This document shows positions 27,396 to 35,623 of a stretch of 64,000 nucleotides of DNA, piece by piece. The notes beneath the pieces were generated by a model. It saw nothing but the letters and a program-made list of their open reading frames with translations, searched no databases and was not told the DNA's origin. Both the position numbers and the translations under genes were made by a program. The stretch's first letter is position 1, and every line of letters starts with the position of its first letter. The stretch is from a virus (Duplodnaviria; Caudoviricetes): IMG/VR virus record IMGVR_UViG_3300025030_000095, positions 1,111 to 65,110 of that record, one strand, 5' to 3'.

Positions 27396-27562
27396 TTCGA
27401 ATATACCGAATTTATTGGGTAAAAAATATACCTGCGTTGCATTATTCTTGCGCAGGAATATTTGATTAACGTTAGTATATTCGAGAATACCGAATAAGTC
27501 AAGCGCATATAATGATATATTTCGATATTTTTAAAAAGGTATTCCATTCGCTAATATCGTAT
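27396..27562. promoter_or_regulatory. lysis/lysogeny switch: operators TTCG-N7-CG(A/T)A and lytic sigmaA promoter
   Basis: Operators at 27396-27410, 27479-27495, 27546-27562; minus-strand TTGACT(27497-27502)-17-TATACT(27474-27479) with one operator in the spacer. Confidence 0.78.
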
Positions 27563-27611
27563 ATATTTGGGTATACTATTAACTAATTCATATATAAAGG
27601 AATGGTGAATC

Positions 27612-28010
27612 ATGGATTATGGACAAAAAATAAGATATGTCAGGGAGAGAATAAGAGACATATCATTAACCGAGTTACATAACAGAACGGGCCTATCCCT
27701 TTCATACCTGTCCGATGCTGAAAACGGAAAATGCAATATGTCAATCAAGGCTTTGGAAAAGGTAGCTGATGCATTAAATGTAAGCTCATCTTACCTCTTA
27801 GATAAGCGCAGTATGACCTTAGAGCAGTTAGCGGATCTTAATAATGTCCAGTTGCCAGACAACGTGAAAGAATATGTAGCTAAGCAAAAGAGTCTACCTT
27901 ACATATCCTTAATTCAGGAGATTGACGAAAGGAATATTTTCTCGCTTGAATTTCTTAAGAATCTAATAGAGCTACATGAGAAAGAGGCTAAAAATACAAC
28001 TAAGACGTAG
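27612..28010 (+). CDS. CI-like immunity repressor (XRE HTH, no S24 peptidase domain)
   Basis: ISLTELHNRTGLSLSYLSDAENGK; divergent from cro, upstream of integrase. Confidence 0.9.
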   Translation: MDYGQKIRYVRERIRDISLTELHNRTGLSLSYLSDAENGKCNMSIKALEKVADALNVSSSYLLDKRSMTLEQLADLNNVQLPDNVKEYVAKQKSLPYISLIQEIDERNIFSLEFLKNLIELHEKEAKNTTKT

Positions 28011-28088
28011 GAATTTGTCGGAATTAAATGTCAAAATAAAAAAGGATATGCTTTCGTTGTTCGCGAACTATTATAGGCTAGTTATTGC

Positions 28089-28107
28089 AGAACTTATGTT
28101 CTATAAT
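28089..28107 (+). promoter_or_regulatory. LexA SOS box abutting a TATAAT -10 element
   Basis: AGAAC-TTAT-GTTCT matches Gram-positive GAAC-N4-GTTC. Confidence 0.75.
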
Positions 28108-28144
28108 AGCGTAATAGCTCCAATATTTGATAGGAGGACAGCGA

Positions 28145-28279
28145 ATGAAAGTTATCATCTGCGACCTAGTAGAGACTGGTGCACGTTGGTTATTCATCGG
28201 GGACAAAGTTCTTATTAGTCAAGGTTTTATTGATGATTTCGTAAAGGAACATCCAGAAATAAAAATGACGGCTAAATAG
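28145..28279 (+). CDS. 44-aa putatively SOS-inducible micro-protein (antirepressor or RDF candidate; not in ORF track)
   Basis: AGGAGG RBS; MKVIICDLVETGARWLFIGDKVLISQGFIDDFVKEHPEIKMTAK. Confidence 0.72.
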   Translation: MKVIICDLVETGARWLFIGDKVLISQGFIDDFVKEHPEIKMTAK

Positions 28280-28305
28280 CCGTTTTGACATCAAGGGGGT
28301 TACAG

Positions 28306-29844
28306 ATGGAATCTGTTGCAATTTATATACGAGTATCAACGAAAAGGCAAGTTGATAAATATTCCCCCCATGAACAGAAACGCGTATTAACAGAGTACGC
28401 AAACTCGCGGCAGTGGGGGATATTTGATTATTACTCTGACCTTGGGGAATCGGGAGCAGATTCAGATCGCGAAGAACTTGACAGGTTATTGGTTGACGCT
28501 GGTAAGAAACACTTCTCTAAGGTTTTATTATTTGAACAAGATAGATTATCTCGCCTTGAGCAATTAGACTGGGCATACCTAGCTAATTCGCTTGCTAAGA
28601 TGAACATAAAGCTTGTTACACCAACATCAGAGATTAACCTAGATAATGAAGAGGATCGGTTTCTTGCCGACCTCTTCAATCTTTTAGCAAATAGAGAAAT
28701 GAAGAAAATAAAGAAACGTACTTCTATGGGAAGAAAGGCAGCACACAAAGCTGGGACGTATTTTGCATCAGAGTCACCATTTGGTACGTTCTATGATCGT
28801 GAAACAAATACATGGAGCGTAATCCCCGAAGAAGCAAAGTTAGTAAAGATGATGTTTGAGTGGTATATAGGGGGCATGGGGTTTCCGTCTATCGGTAATA
28901 AGTTGAAATCACTTGGCTATAAAACAAGGAGGGGTAGTGGATTCGCCGGGAATGTTGTTTATAGAATTATGATGAACAAGGTGCACACAGGTTATTATGA
29001 ACAGACTATCGTTGGCGAAACCCTGTCACATAAAATCATTTGGAAGGAAGGGCATGGCCCATATATTACGGAAGAACAATTTAAGTGCATGAAGAGAATC
29101 GCAAATGAACGTTCTACTGGACAAGTAGAATATTTTCACGAATCGCGTTATCTCTTGTCTGGCTTGTTGGTCTGCGGGGAATGTAACAAGAAATTAAGAT
29201 TAGGAACAAAACGTTATATGGCTAAAGATGGAGAGCATGTTTATTTAACATACACCCATAAGCCGTATGACCCTGCTTGCAACGCTAGACATAAGGTGTC
29301 ATTAGTAGATAACAACGTAATAGGGGAGCTAATGAATATGGTTGGAAACGCCAACTATATCAAGGAACTCATGGAGAATAAGAATATACAAGAAACTGTT
29401 AAACCTTCTGAAGAAGACTTTTCAGAAATAAAGGTGCTGAGAGGAAAGCTGCTAAATAGAAAAAGCAAAATACTTGATCTTTATATGGATGAAGACTGGA
29501 CTAAGGAAGAATTATTGAAAAAGAAAAAAGAGATAGATACTGAGTTACAGGCGCTAGCTAATCGCGAAGAAGAATTTAACAATCGACTAAAATCCTCCGA
29601 AGAAAAGGATATTGACATTGATTATCTTGCAGACTCATTACAAATTATAAAAGTAATTGGAACGGGAGAAATCCCTCCGCGAGAAGAAAATAGTATTTTA
29701 AAGGATATCATTTCTGAAATAATCATTAGCAAGGATGGCATTGTTAAAATTAAATTAATGCCAAATAATGCAAACTTTTCTGACTCAAAGTATCACGCTC
29801 ATCAAGATGTATGGGTCACTTTGCCTCAAATTGCCGCAAGATAG
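28306..29844 (+). CDS. large serine recombinase (integrase)
   Basis: YIRVST catalytic Ser, DRLSR, recombinase domain, LSGLLVCGEC Zn ribbon and coiled coil. Confidence 0.97.
   Translation: MESVAIYIRVSTKRQVDKYSPHEQKRVLTEYANSRQWGIFDYYSDLGESGADSDREELDRLLVDAGKKHFSKVLLFEQDRLSRLEQLDWAYLANSLAKMNIKLVTPTSEINLDNEEDRFLADLFNLLANREMKKIKKRTSMGRKAAHKAGTYFASESPFGTFYDRETNTWSVIPEEAKLVKMMFEWYIGGMGFPSIGNKLKSLGYKTRRGSGFAGNVVYRIMMNKVHTGYYEQTIVGETLSHKIIWKEGHGPYITEEQFKCMKRIANERSTGQVEYFHESRYLLSGLLVCGECNKKLRLGTKRYMAKDGEHVYLTYTHKPYDPACNARHKVSLVDNNVIGELMNMVGNANYIKELMENKNIQETVKPSEEDFSEIKVLRGKLLNRKSKILDLYMDEDWTKEELLKKKKEIDTELQALANREEEFNNRLKSSEEKDIDIDYLADSLQIIKVIGTGEIPPREENSILKDIISEIIISKDGIVKIKLMPNNANFSDSKYHAHQDVWVTLPQIAAR
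29781..29828. other. putative attP inside integrase 3' end
   Basis: TGACTCAAAGT-N8-CATC-[AA]-GATG-N8-ACTTTGCCTCA: 48-bp imperfect palindrome with 23-bp arms and central dinucleotide. Confidence 0.7.
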
Positions 29845-29876
29845 TTTCACTAATTTTCCATTTGTTAGTTATTTAT

Positions 29877-29908
29877 GAACTTCTTTTTGATTAGAGAAGT
29901 TCTTTTTT
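29877..29908 (+). terminator. intrinsic terminator after integrase
   Basis: GAACTTCT/AGAAGTTC stem plus T6. Confidence 0.75.
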
Positions 29909-30013
29909 ATTATACCGAATAATATTATCTATCACACCCCGTAACACACTCACCCACGCCACAACACGCCCTGCCACCGTATCCCACAGCCTAACACAAA
30001 GAGAGGTGATCCC

Positions 30014-30217
30014 ATGGCATACAGATCCTTTCGAGACGATGAACAGATCGCCAAGAAACTTGACGCGATCCCCAAGAGCGAGAAGTCCACCATAATCCGC
30101 ATGGCACTACGCCAATACTTCGGCATCAGCGCAAGTAAGCCACCAGACCCCATCACTCCAGAAGTGGCACGCATGATGGCTAGAGAATTAATGAGCAACG
30201 TTACAAAAGGGGGTTAA
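30014..30217 (+). CDS. RHH DNA-binding protein
   Basis: SFRDDEQIAKKLDAIPKSEKSTIIRMALRQYF; GAGGTG RBS. Confidence 0.72.
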   Translation: MAYRSFRDDEQIAKKLDAIPKSEKSTIIRMALRQYFGISASKPPDPITPEVARMMARELMSNVTKGG

Positions 30218-30221
30218 TTAC

Positions 30222-31526
30222 ATGGCATCGGTTAAGGTTGATATCATCGGTTTATTTTCAGACGCTATCGTGCAGATCGGACGATTCGCTCTACGTAACA
30301 TCCCAAGGCACAGGGATTCTCACCCGGGACGTATCATGCTCAGCTGGAAGCGTAATGACGTATGTACCGAAACCAAAGAGCGCGGCAAGGATTATGTAAC
30401 GAAGGAATACCCGCGCCTCATCGAAAAGACTTGGAAGGGCCACAACCGAGTTTTCAAGTACAGGATTCCAACAGGCCTAAATCCGCAGAAAGTAATTAAA
30501 TCCCTCTACGACATCGAGTTCGATCTAAAGTCTGAAGTCCTTTTCAAGAGGCTTGAGAACGATCCGAAGGCGCACTTCTCCCTAACTATCCTCTCTGGTA
30601 AATTACTGGACCTCATCACTTACACTAACGAGGCTGAAACCATGCCAGACAAGAAAGGTCTATGGATACCCCTTGGATGGTCCAGGCGTGGACTGGAGCA
30701 ACTTAACCTAGCCTCCAGCAACAGTCCCCATCTAATGATCGGAGGGGCGACAGGAGGCGGTAAATCCATCCTTGGTAGGCTTATCCTAGCCACCCTACAC
30801 ATCAGATACACGCGCAATGAGTGCCGCCTATGGCTGTGTGATCTAAAACATGGCAATGGGACAGCAAGGCTAGGCAAAGATCCTCTCCTTGTAGACAGGA
30901 CTATTTCAGATCCCTCGGAGGTAGAACGGATGATGGATGACTTATCTGTAATAATTGGCGAGCGATATGATTTATTTAAGGCGTATGAATGCGATGATCT
31001 TGCGGCGTTTAATGAGGAGTATCCTGAAAAGCGATTACCGAGAATCGTGGTTTACTTCGACGAATATACGAAGATGGAAGGTAAAGAATTTTCGAAAGCT
31101 CGCGAGAAGGTTACTAAGGTTACAGGCGAATCCAGGGGGGCTGGCGTTCATTTTATAGTTTCTTGCCATCGCCCGACCGCTAATCTTATTTCCGGCACAA
31201 TGAAGAATAACATATCTGCGGTAGTAGCCTTCAATTGTAACGCTGTTTCTGCCCGGGTATTGCTCGGGGAAGATCCAGAGGACTACAAAGCAGCCGCCAT
31301 GATCGATCCTGATGTCGAGGGTCGAGCGTTATTCAAGTTCAAGGACGAGGTATTGCTGCAAGTACCTTTCATCGACAACAAGGTGATAAAGGAGATTATG
31401 GCTAATTATCAGAAAGCTGTAATTAAAGGTGTTGTTGAACCAGTCATACAGGCTGTAATTTCGACTAGGGTGGTCGAACACTCAACCAACCATTCACTCA
31501 ACCATGCTACCGACCACCCCCAGTGA
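30222..31526 (+). CDS. FtsK/SpoIIIE-family ATPase
   Basis: SPHLMIGGATGGGKS, DLKHG, VYFDEY, SRGAGVH, HRP, GRALF. Confidence 0.93.
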   Translation: MASVKVDIIGLFSDAIVQIGRFALRNIPRHRDSHPGRIMLSWKRNDVCTETKERGKDYVTKEYPRLIEKTWKGHNRVFKYRIPTGLNPQKVIKSLYDIEFDLKSEVLFKRLENDPKAHFSLTILSGKLLDLITYTNEAETMPDKKGLWIPLGWSRRGLEQLNLASSNSPHLMIGGATGGGKSILGRLILATLHIRYTRNECRLWLCDLKHGNGTARLGKDPLLVDRTISDPSEVERMMDDLSVIIGERYDLFKAYECDDLAAFNEEYPEKRLPRIVVYFDEYTKMEGKEFSKAREKVTKVTGESRGAGVHFIVSCHRPTANLISGTMKNNISAVVAFNCNAVSARVLLGEDPEDYKAAAMIDPDVEGRALFKFKDEVLLQVPFIDNKVIKEIMANYQKAVIKGVVEPVIQAVISTRVVEHSTNHSLNHATDHPQ

Positions 31527-31555
31527 TTGTACACAACGATTAAATGCGCATTGCA

Positions 31556-31592
31556 GGCTACGTATACGGGCCTTTCGGTCCGTATACGTGCC
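31556..31592. other. 13-bp hairpin between FtsK and relaxase (oriT candidate)
   Basis: ACGTATACGGGCC-TTTC-GGTCCGTATACGT; no adjacent U tract. Confidence 0.5.
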
Positions 31593-31648
31593 ATCCTATC
31601 ATTACTTTTTTATTTTTACATTATTTTATATTGTTTGGAGGCGATGTT

Positions 31649-32284
31649 GTGAACTTTGTGACATACGGGCAACAGCGCGATGAGCGTATATTGGAGCTAG
31701 TAGGCCAAGGAACGGCGTTTACGCGGAGTCAAATAGAACGGGTTATGTTTAGGCAGAAAGATGGTAAGCGTAAGGCTCAATTAAGGCTACAAGCGTTATC
31801 CGACTCCGGCAGACTAAGGAGAATCATACGCACCCCTCACGAACCAGCTATTTACTGCCTAAAAAAACCACGTAATATAGATCACTTCTTAATTATCAAC
31901 GAGGTGTATTGCGCTATCATGTCGCAGAAAAAGTCCCACTACATCGTTAAGTGGAAGTGGTCCTATCCCCTGTTTGACGGTAAACTATGGGCCGATGCCA
32001 TGATCGATATTTATGACCAACTAAATAAGCGAAGGCATGTGATATTTGTAGAGGTTGAACGATACGCGGATCGCAAGTTCGAGAAGGATAGGAAGTATTC
32101 TGAGATCGCTAAATTGAATTGGACCAAGGAGGAATGGGCCATTAAGGAACCGACAAGGATATTATTTCCTGCAATTCTAGTCGTTACTGAATGCAAGTTG
32201 GAGGTCAGGAGTGAGCTAGATTTCTTTGTCGCTTCGTTGGATCAAGTCAAGAAGGATATTTATTCTATTATTTTGAGGAGGTAG
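31649..32284 (+). CDS. replication-relaxation (Replic_Relax) family protein
   Basis: RDERIL wHTH, HFLIINEVY, ADAMI, FVEVER, KYSE, FPAILVVT; start reset to GTG after GGAGG. Confidence 0.8.
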   Translation: MNFVTYGQQRDERILELVGQGTAFTRSQIERVMFRQKDGKRKAQLRLQALSDSGRLRRIIRTPHEPAIYCLKKPRNIDHFLIINEVYCAIMSQKKSHYIVKWKWSYPLFDGKLWADAMIDIYDQLNKRRHVIFVEVERYADRKFEKDRKYSEIAKLNWTKEEWAIKEPTRILFPAILVVTECKLEVRSELDFFVASLDQVKKDIYSIILRR

Positions 32285-32286
32285 CT

Positions 32287-32505
32287 ATGAGCAAGCTAGG
32301 TAAAACAACCACAAAGGCAACATACGGGCTACTAAACCTAGTCATGAAACCAGTCTACGAGCAAATGAAAAAAGAGCGCAAGGAAGAAGTAAGGCGCTGG
32401 AACAAGTCTCTAAATGTAGCGTCTCAAGACGCAATGGCAGAGGCTAGGAGATTCGAGGTACATCAACCGTTTGATGCGATTATCCACCAACACAGACTAT
32501 GGTAA
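32287..32505 (+). CDS. hypothetical protein
   Basis: GAGGAGG RBS. Confidence 0.65.
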   Translation: MSKLGKTTTKATYGLLNLVMKPVYEQMKKERKEEVRRWNKSLNVASQDAMAEARRFEVHQPFDAIIHQHRLW

Positions 32506-32605
32506 TGTCGCAAAACCATTAATCCTGTCGAGTTGCAGGAAAATGGAATAGCGCGCGGAAATCCTAAATAGTTTTGATAAATTAAATTTAAGAGGAGAGA
32601 TTCGA

Positions 32606-33277
32606 ATGAGTAAGATCCCAGGGTTCAGATCCGGAAAGAGGTGGAAAAAGGTAATCGCAACACTCGCATATCTATTCATAGCGCTTGTTGTGTACGCGGC
32701 TGCAACTGGAGATCCGAAACCTAAAACAGTGACGACAGTACCAAGTTCGGCAGTCATTGCTCCGGTTGTTGAGAAGACTCCTGAACAAATTGCCCAAGAG
32801 AAAGCAGATGCTGAATTAAGAGCTAAGCAATTTGAGGAAGCTAGAGTGGTTACTGAAGCCAAGGTCAAGGCTGATGCCGAAGCAAAAGCAAAGCAAGACG
32901 CAGCAGACAAGGCGGTCGCTGATGTCAAAGCTGCGGCTGATGCAGAGGCTAGGAAGCCAAAGCATGTAGATTATAAAGACCTAGCCCGTAATCCTGATAA
33001 TTATATGGGCACTAATGTAATATTTACAGGTAAGGTCATTCAGGTTCAAGAGAGTGGTAAGTTAGTTAACCTTAGAGTCAACGTTACCAAAAATACCTAC
33101 GGGTATGAGAATACTGTCATGATTCAATATGACAAGGGTATCGTTAGTAGCCGGGTTCTAGAAGATGATATTATAACCTTTTCAGGGATGTCCATGGGAC
33201 TATTGACATATAAGACGGTTATGGGTGCAGAGATGACAATTCCTCAAGTATTAGCCACCAACGTAACGTTTCAATAA
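32606..33277 (+). CDS. membrane-anchored coiled-coil/OB-fold protein (TcdC-like architecture)
   Basis: TM helix, Ala/Lys coiled coil, YKDLARNPDNYMG...TGKVIQV...RVLEDDII. Confidence 0.72.
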   Translation: MSKIPGFRSGKRWKKVIATLAYLFIALVVYAAATGDPKPKTVTTVPSSAVIAPVVEKTPEQIAQEKADAELRAKQFEEARVVTEAKVKADAEAKAKQDAADKAVADVKAAADAEARKPKHVDYKDLARNPDNYMGTNVIFTGKVIQVQESGKLVNLRVNVTKNTYGYENTVMIQYDKGIVSSRVLEDDIITFSGMSMGLLTYKTVMGAEMTIPQVLATNVTFQ

Positions 33278-33297
33278 AAAGCGAAGTAATTACCATT

Positions 33298-33326
33298 GGT
33301 CCCTGGCGTAAGTCGGGGGCTGTTTT
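33298..33326 (+). terminator. intrinsic terminator
   Basis: GGTCCCTGGC-GTAA-GTCGGGGGCT then GTTTT. Confidence 0.7.
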
Positions 33327-33333
33327 ATGTAAG

Positions 33334-33387
33334 CTTGAAAATAAGTGTTGACTTTCATCTTGAAAAGCAGTATAATTATATCAAGAT
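33334..33387 (+). promoter_or_regulatory. near-consensus sigmaA promoter with operator repeats
   Basis: TTGACT(33348)-17-TATAAT(33371); ATCTTGA/TCAAGAT inverted repeat flanks the -10; CTTGAAAA twice. Confidence 0.85.
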
Positions 33388-33407
33388 AAAGAAAGGGGTT
33401 GCACGCA

Positions 33408-33905
33408 ATGACGAAGATTAAAATGAGCAAACGCGAAATGATGGTTGAAGCCCACAAGATGGCGCGTAGAATGGTTGGGGATTATGTGGCTAGACTAGCA
33501 TTGGCTCTTCGAACATTGTGGGCATCCGCTAAGAAAGGAGTAAAATCAGTGGAAAAACTCATTACCAATGAATTGGGCGATATTGAAGTCCTCTCTGTCG
33601 AAAGAGAGGAGCAAGTAGAAAAGACTGGAAGCTCAAAGGGTTGGATTGTATCAGTGAAGAAATTAGTCAGAATCGGAAAAAGTATCATCCTAGATACAGA
33701 GTACGACATTAAAATTGTTAGAGAAACCGAAAAGGCTATTCTCCTCAGTGTTACCGAAGTTGAAGATGATTACACAGTTGAAACTTGGGTACCAAAAAGT
33801 GTTTTTAACCAAACCGAACTAGGGATGGAGGTTGAGCCTTGGTTCGCGAAGAAAAATCGTATGGGTTGCGCGGTGAATATTACTCGGTACGCAAAGGAAG
33901 CGTAG
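33408..33905 (+). CDS. hypothetical protein, first gene of accessory operon
   Basis: AAAGGGG RBS; internal AGGAG RBS with in-frame GTG at 33549. Confidence 0.75.
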   Translation: MTKIKMSKREMMVEAHKMARRMVGDYVARLALALRTLWASAKKGVKSVEKLITNELGDIEVLSVEREEQVEKTGSSKGWIVSVKKLVRIGKSIILDTEYDIKIVRETEKAILLSVTEVEDDYTVETWVPKSVFNQTELGMEVEPWFAKKNRMGCAVNITRYAKEA

Positions 33906-33947
33906 TTAGGCCAGTCGGGGCCATACCGGCGTGAAGGAGGAAATGAC

Positions 33948-34265
33948 ATGAGCCACACTATCGAATTCAAGGTTATTACCGACATCCTTTCCGAGGAACT
34001 TTTCCAGACCCGTTACATCATCGGAAAAGTTGATACAAAACACTTCGTTTATGTCTGGTCTCAGAAAATGTCCGATGATGAAGTAGAAATTACTTCCGAA
34101 ATGCTGAACTATCCCAAAGGTGAACACGGAGCCATGATTGGAACAGCAAATGAAATATCTGACCACATCAAGATTTGTGTAGGACTGCACAGGGATGACT
34201 CCGATCCTATCACGGCTGAAGCTGCCACTGAGGTTGTGAATGAATTGATCGAAGGACTACAATAA
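33948..34265 (+). CDS. small acidic hypothetical protein
   Basis: AAGGAGG RBS. Confidence 0.75.
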   Translation: MSHTIEFKVITDILSEELFQTRYIIGKVDTKHFVYVWSQKMSDDEVEITSEMLNYPKGEHGAMIGTANEISDHIKICVGLHRDDSDPITAEAATEVVNELIEGLQ

Positions 34266-34269
34266 TCTT

Positions 34270-34815
34270 ATGGAAATTACTTTAGAAAACAAAAAGGAGA
34301 TACTAGTCTTTTTAAACAAGGGCCTTTGCCCCATATGCGGAAAAGGCCCTTACAAAAACCCTCTACTGCACATCTGGAAGCAACATGATATATCATCGCG
34401 TGAAATACGAGATATCCTACTAATTACAACTAGAGATACTTTTTGTTCTCCTGGGTTAAGAGAAATCATGAGTAATAAAGCGAAAGAATCAGATTCCCAC
34501 TTAATTGCAAATTCCGCCACAAGAGGAAAGAATTTTAAAAAGGAGCATAACCTAGTTCAAGAATCACGCATTAAGAATGATACTGAATACAAAGGTAAAT
34601 ACATGGTTTACTTACGTGAAGGTGCTAAAAAAGCAGCGGAAAGTAATAAAAAGCCAGTTTACAAGATTTTACCTGATGGAGAAAAAATTAGGTACAGCAG
34701 CATTACTGAAGCTGCTCAAGCCAATAGCGTAGATAAAGATTCTATCATCAACTGCCTAAAAGGAAGAACAAGGACATGCATTGGGTGTAAATGGATTTAT
34801 GAGTCCGTGCAATAA
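34270..34815 (+). CDS. Zn-finger/NUMOD1-like DNA-binding protein
   Basis: CPICG...H; KKPVY...YSSITEAA...IINCLKGRTRTCIGCKWIY. Confidence 0.7.
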   Translation: MEITLENKKEILVFLNKGLCPICGKGPYKNPLLHIWKQHDISSREIRDILLITTRDTFCSPGLREIMSNKAKESDSHLIANSATRGKNFKKEHNLVQESRIKNDTEYKGKYMVYLREGAKKAAESNKKPVYKILPDGEKIRYSSITEAAQANSVDKDSIINCLKGRTRTCIGCKWIYESVQ

Positions 34816-34877
34816 TTGCACATACTGAAAATTATACCCGACAGCTCGTAAGGAGCGGGGCGAGAGGAGTTTTTTGG

Positions 34878-35213
34878 ATGAAAAAATATATTTCTGCGTT
34901 TGCTCAATATAAAGTATGGGACTTCGGAAATAGAATTGCACCTTCGGTTATCGAAACCGAAAACGGAAGAACACAAGTTGTTCATAATATTGCACAGCCT
35001 CTGCCAACATTTTGGCACAAGGGAGGATGTGACGTGTTCATTGAATGCTACATTAATCCTCCTGAAGGAATTAATTCCTTCAGGAAAGGATTCACTCAGG
35101 ATAACGACTTGGTTTCTGGGGAAATACCCGTCGAAATGATATTCGACGGAAAGGGAATATATACGGATGAAGTTATTACTTGGGATGAATTTATGAAGAT
35201 AGAGGAGGAATAA
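34878..35213 (+). CDS. small acidic hypothetical protein
   Basis: GAGGAG RBS. Confidence 0.72.
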   Translation: MKKYISAFAQYKVWDFGNRIAPSVIETENGRTQVVHNIAQPLPTFWHKGGCDVFIECYINPPEGINSFRKGFTQDNDLVSGEIPVEMIFDGKGIYTDEVITWDEFMKIEEE

Positions 35214-35215
35214 TC

Positions 35216-35551
35216 ATGATATTTGAAAATTGGATGACCTGCGAAAAGTTAGTTGATGACGGCGACTACACAATCGGTTACGTTGACGGAAAGCCTGCTC
35301 AATGGGACGGTAAAAACGAATTACTTGAAGGTGAAGATTTCCGTCCAGCCAAAGAAGGAAATACATTCGGGGTTAATTTCCAAAATGATTACGTCGTCGA
35401 AAATGGCGTTTGGGTAGGGAATTCAGGGCACGGCGGAAAACGAGAAGGTTCTGGGCGCAAGCCTACTGGCCGAAAGCAAAGATCTATATGGCTCAATGAG
35501 GATGAACTTGACAAGGTAAGGGACTTTGTCAAAAGTCTGAGGGATGAATGA
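35216..35551 (+). CDS. acidic domain fused to C-terminal AT-hook/RHH-like DNA-binding tail
   Basis: HGGKREGSGRKPTGRKQRSIWLNEDELDKVRDFV. Confidence 0.7.
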   Translation: MIFENWMTCEKLVDDGDYTIGYVDGKPAQWDGKNELLEGEDFRPAKEGNTFGVNFQNDYVVENGVWVGNSGHGGKREGSGRKPTGRKQRSIWLNEDELDKVRDFVKSLRDE

Positions 35552-35580
35552 GGAAATTAAGTAATCTCCATGCCAAACGC

Positions 35581-35614
35581 AAAAAAGCCCCGAACCATTA
35601 CGGCCCGGGGCTTT
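35581..35614. terminator. bidirectional terminator at strand convergence
   Basis: AAAGCCCCG...CGGGGCTTT with A6 flank. Confidence 0.8.
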
Positions 35615-35623
35615 CGTCGTGCT

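Noticed and set aside
27976-28218. 80-aa ORF between cI and integrase from the ORF track
   Set aside because: Runs through the SOS box and promoter without an RBS; the 44-aa ORF at 28145 has a strong RBS
31544-31648. N-terminal hydrophobic extension of the relaxase
   Set aside because: Arises from the hairpin and T-rich spacer; a GGAGG RBS supports the GTG at 31649
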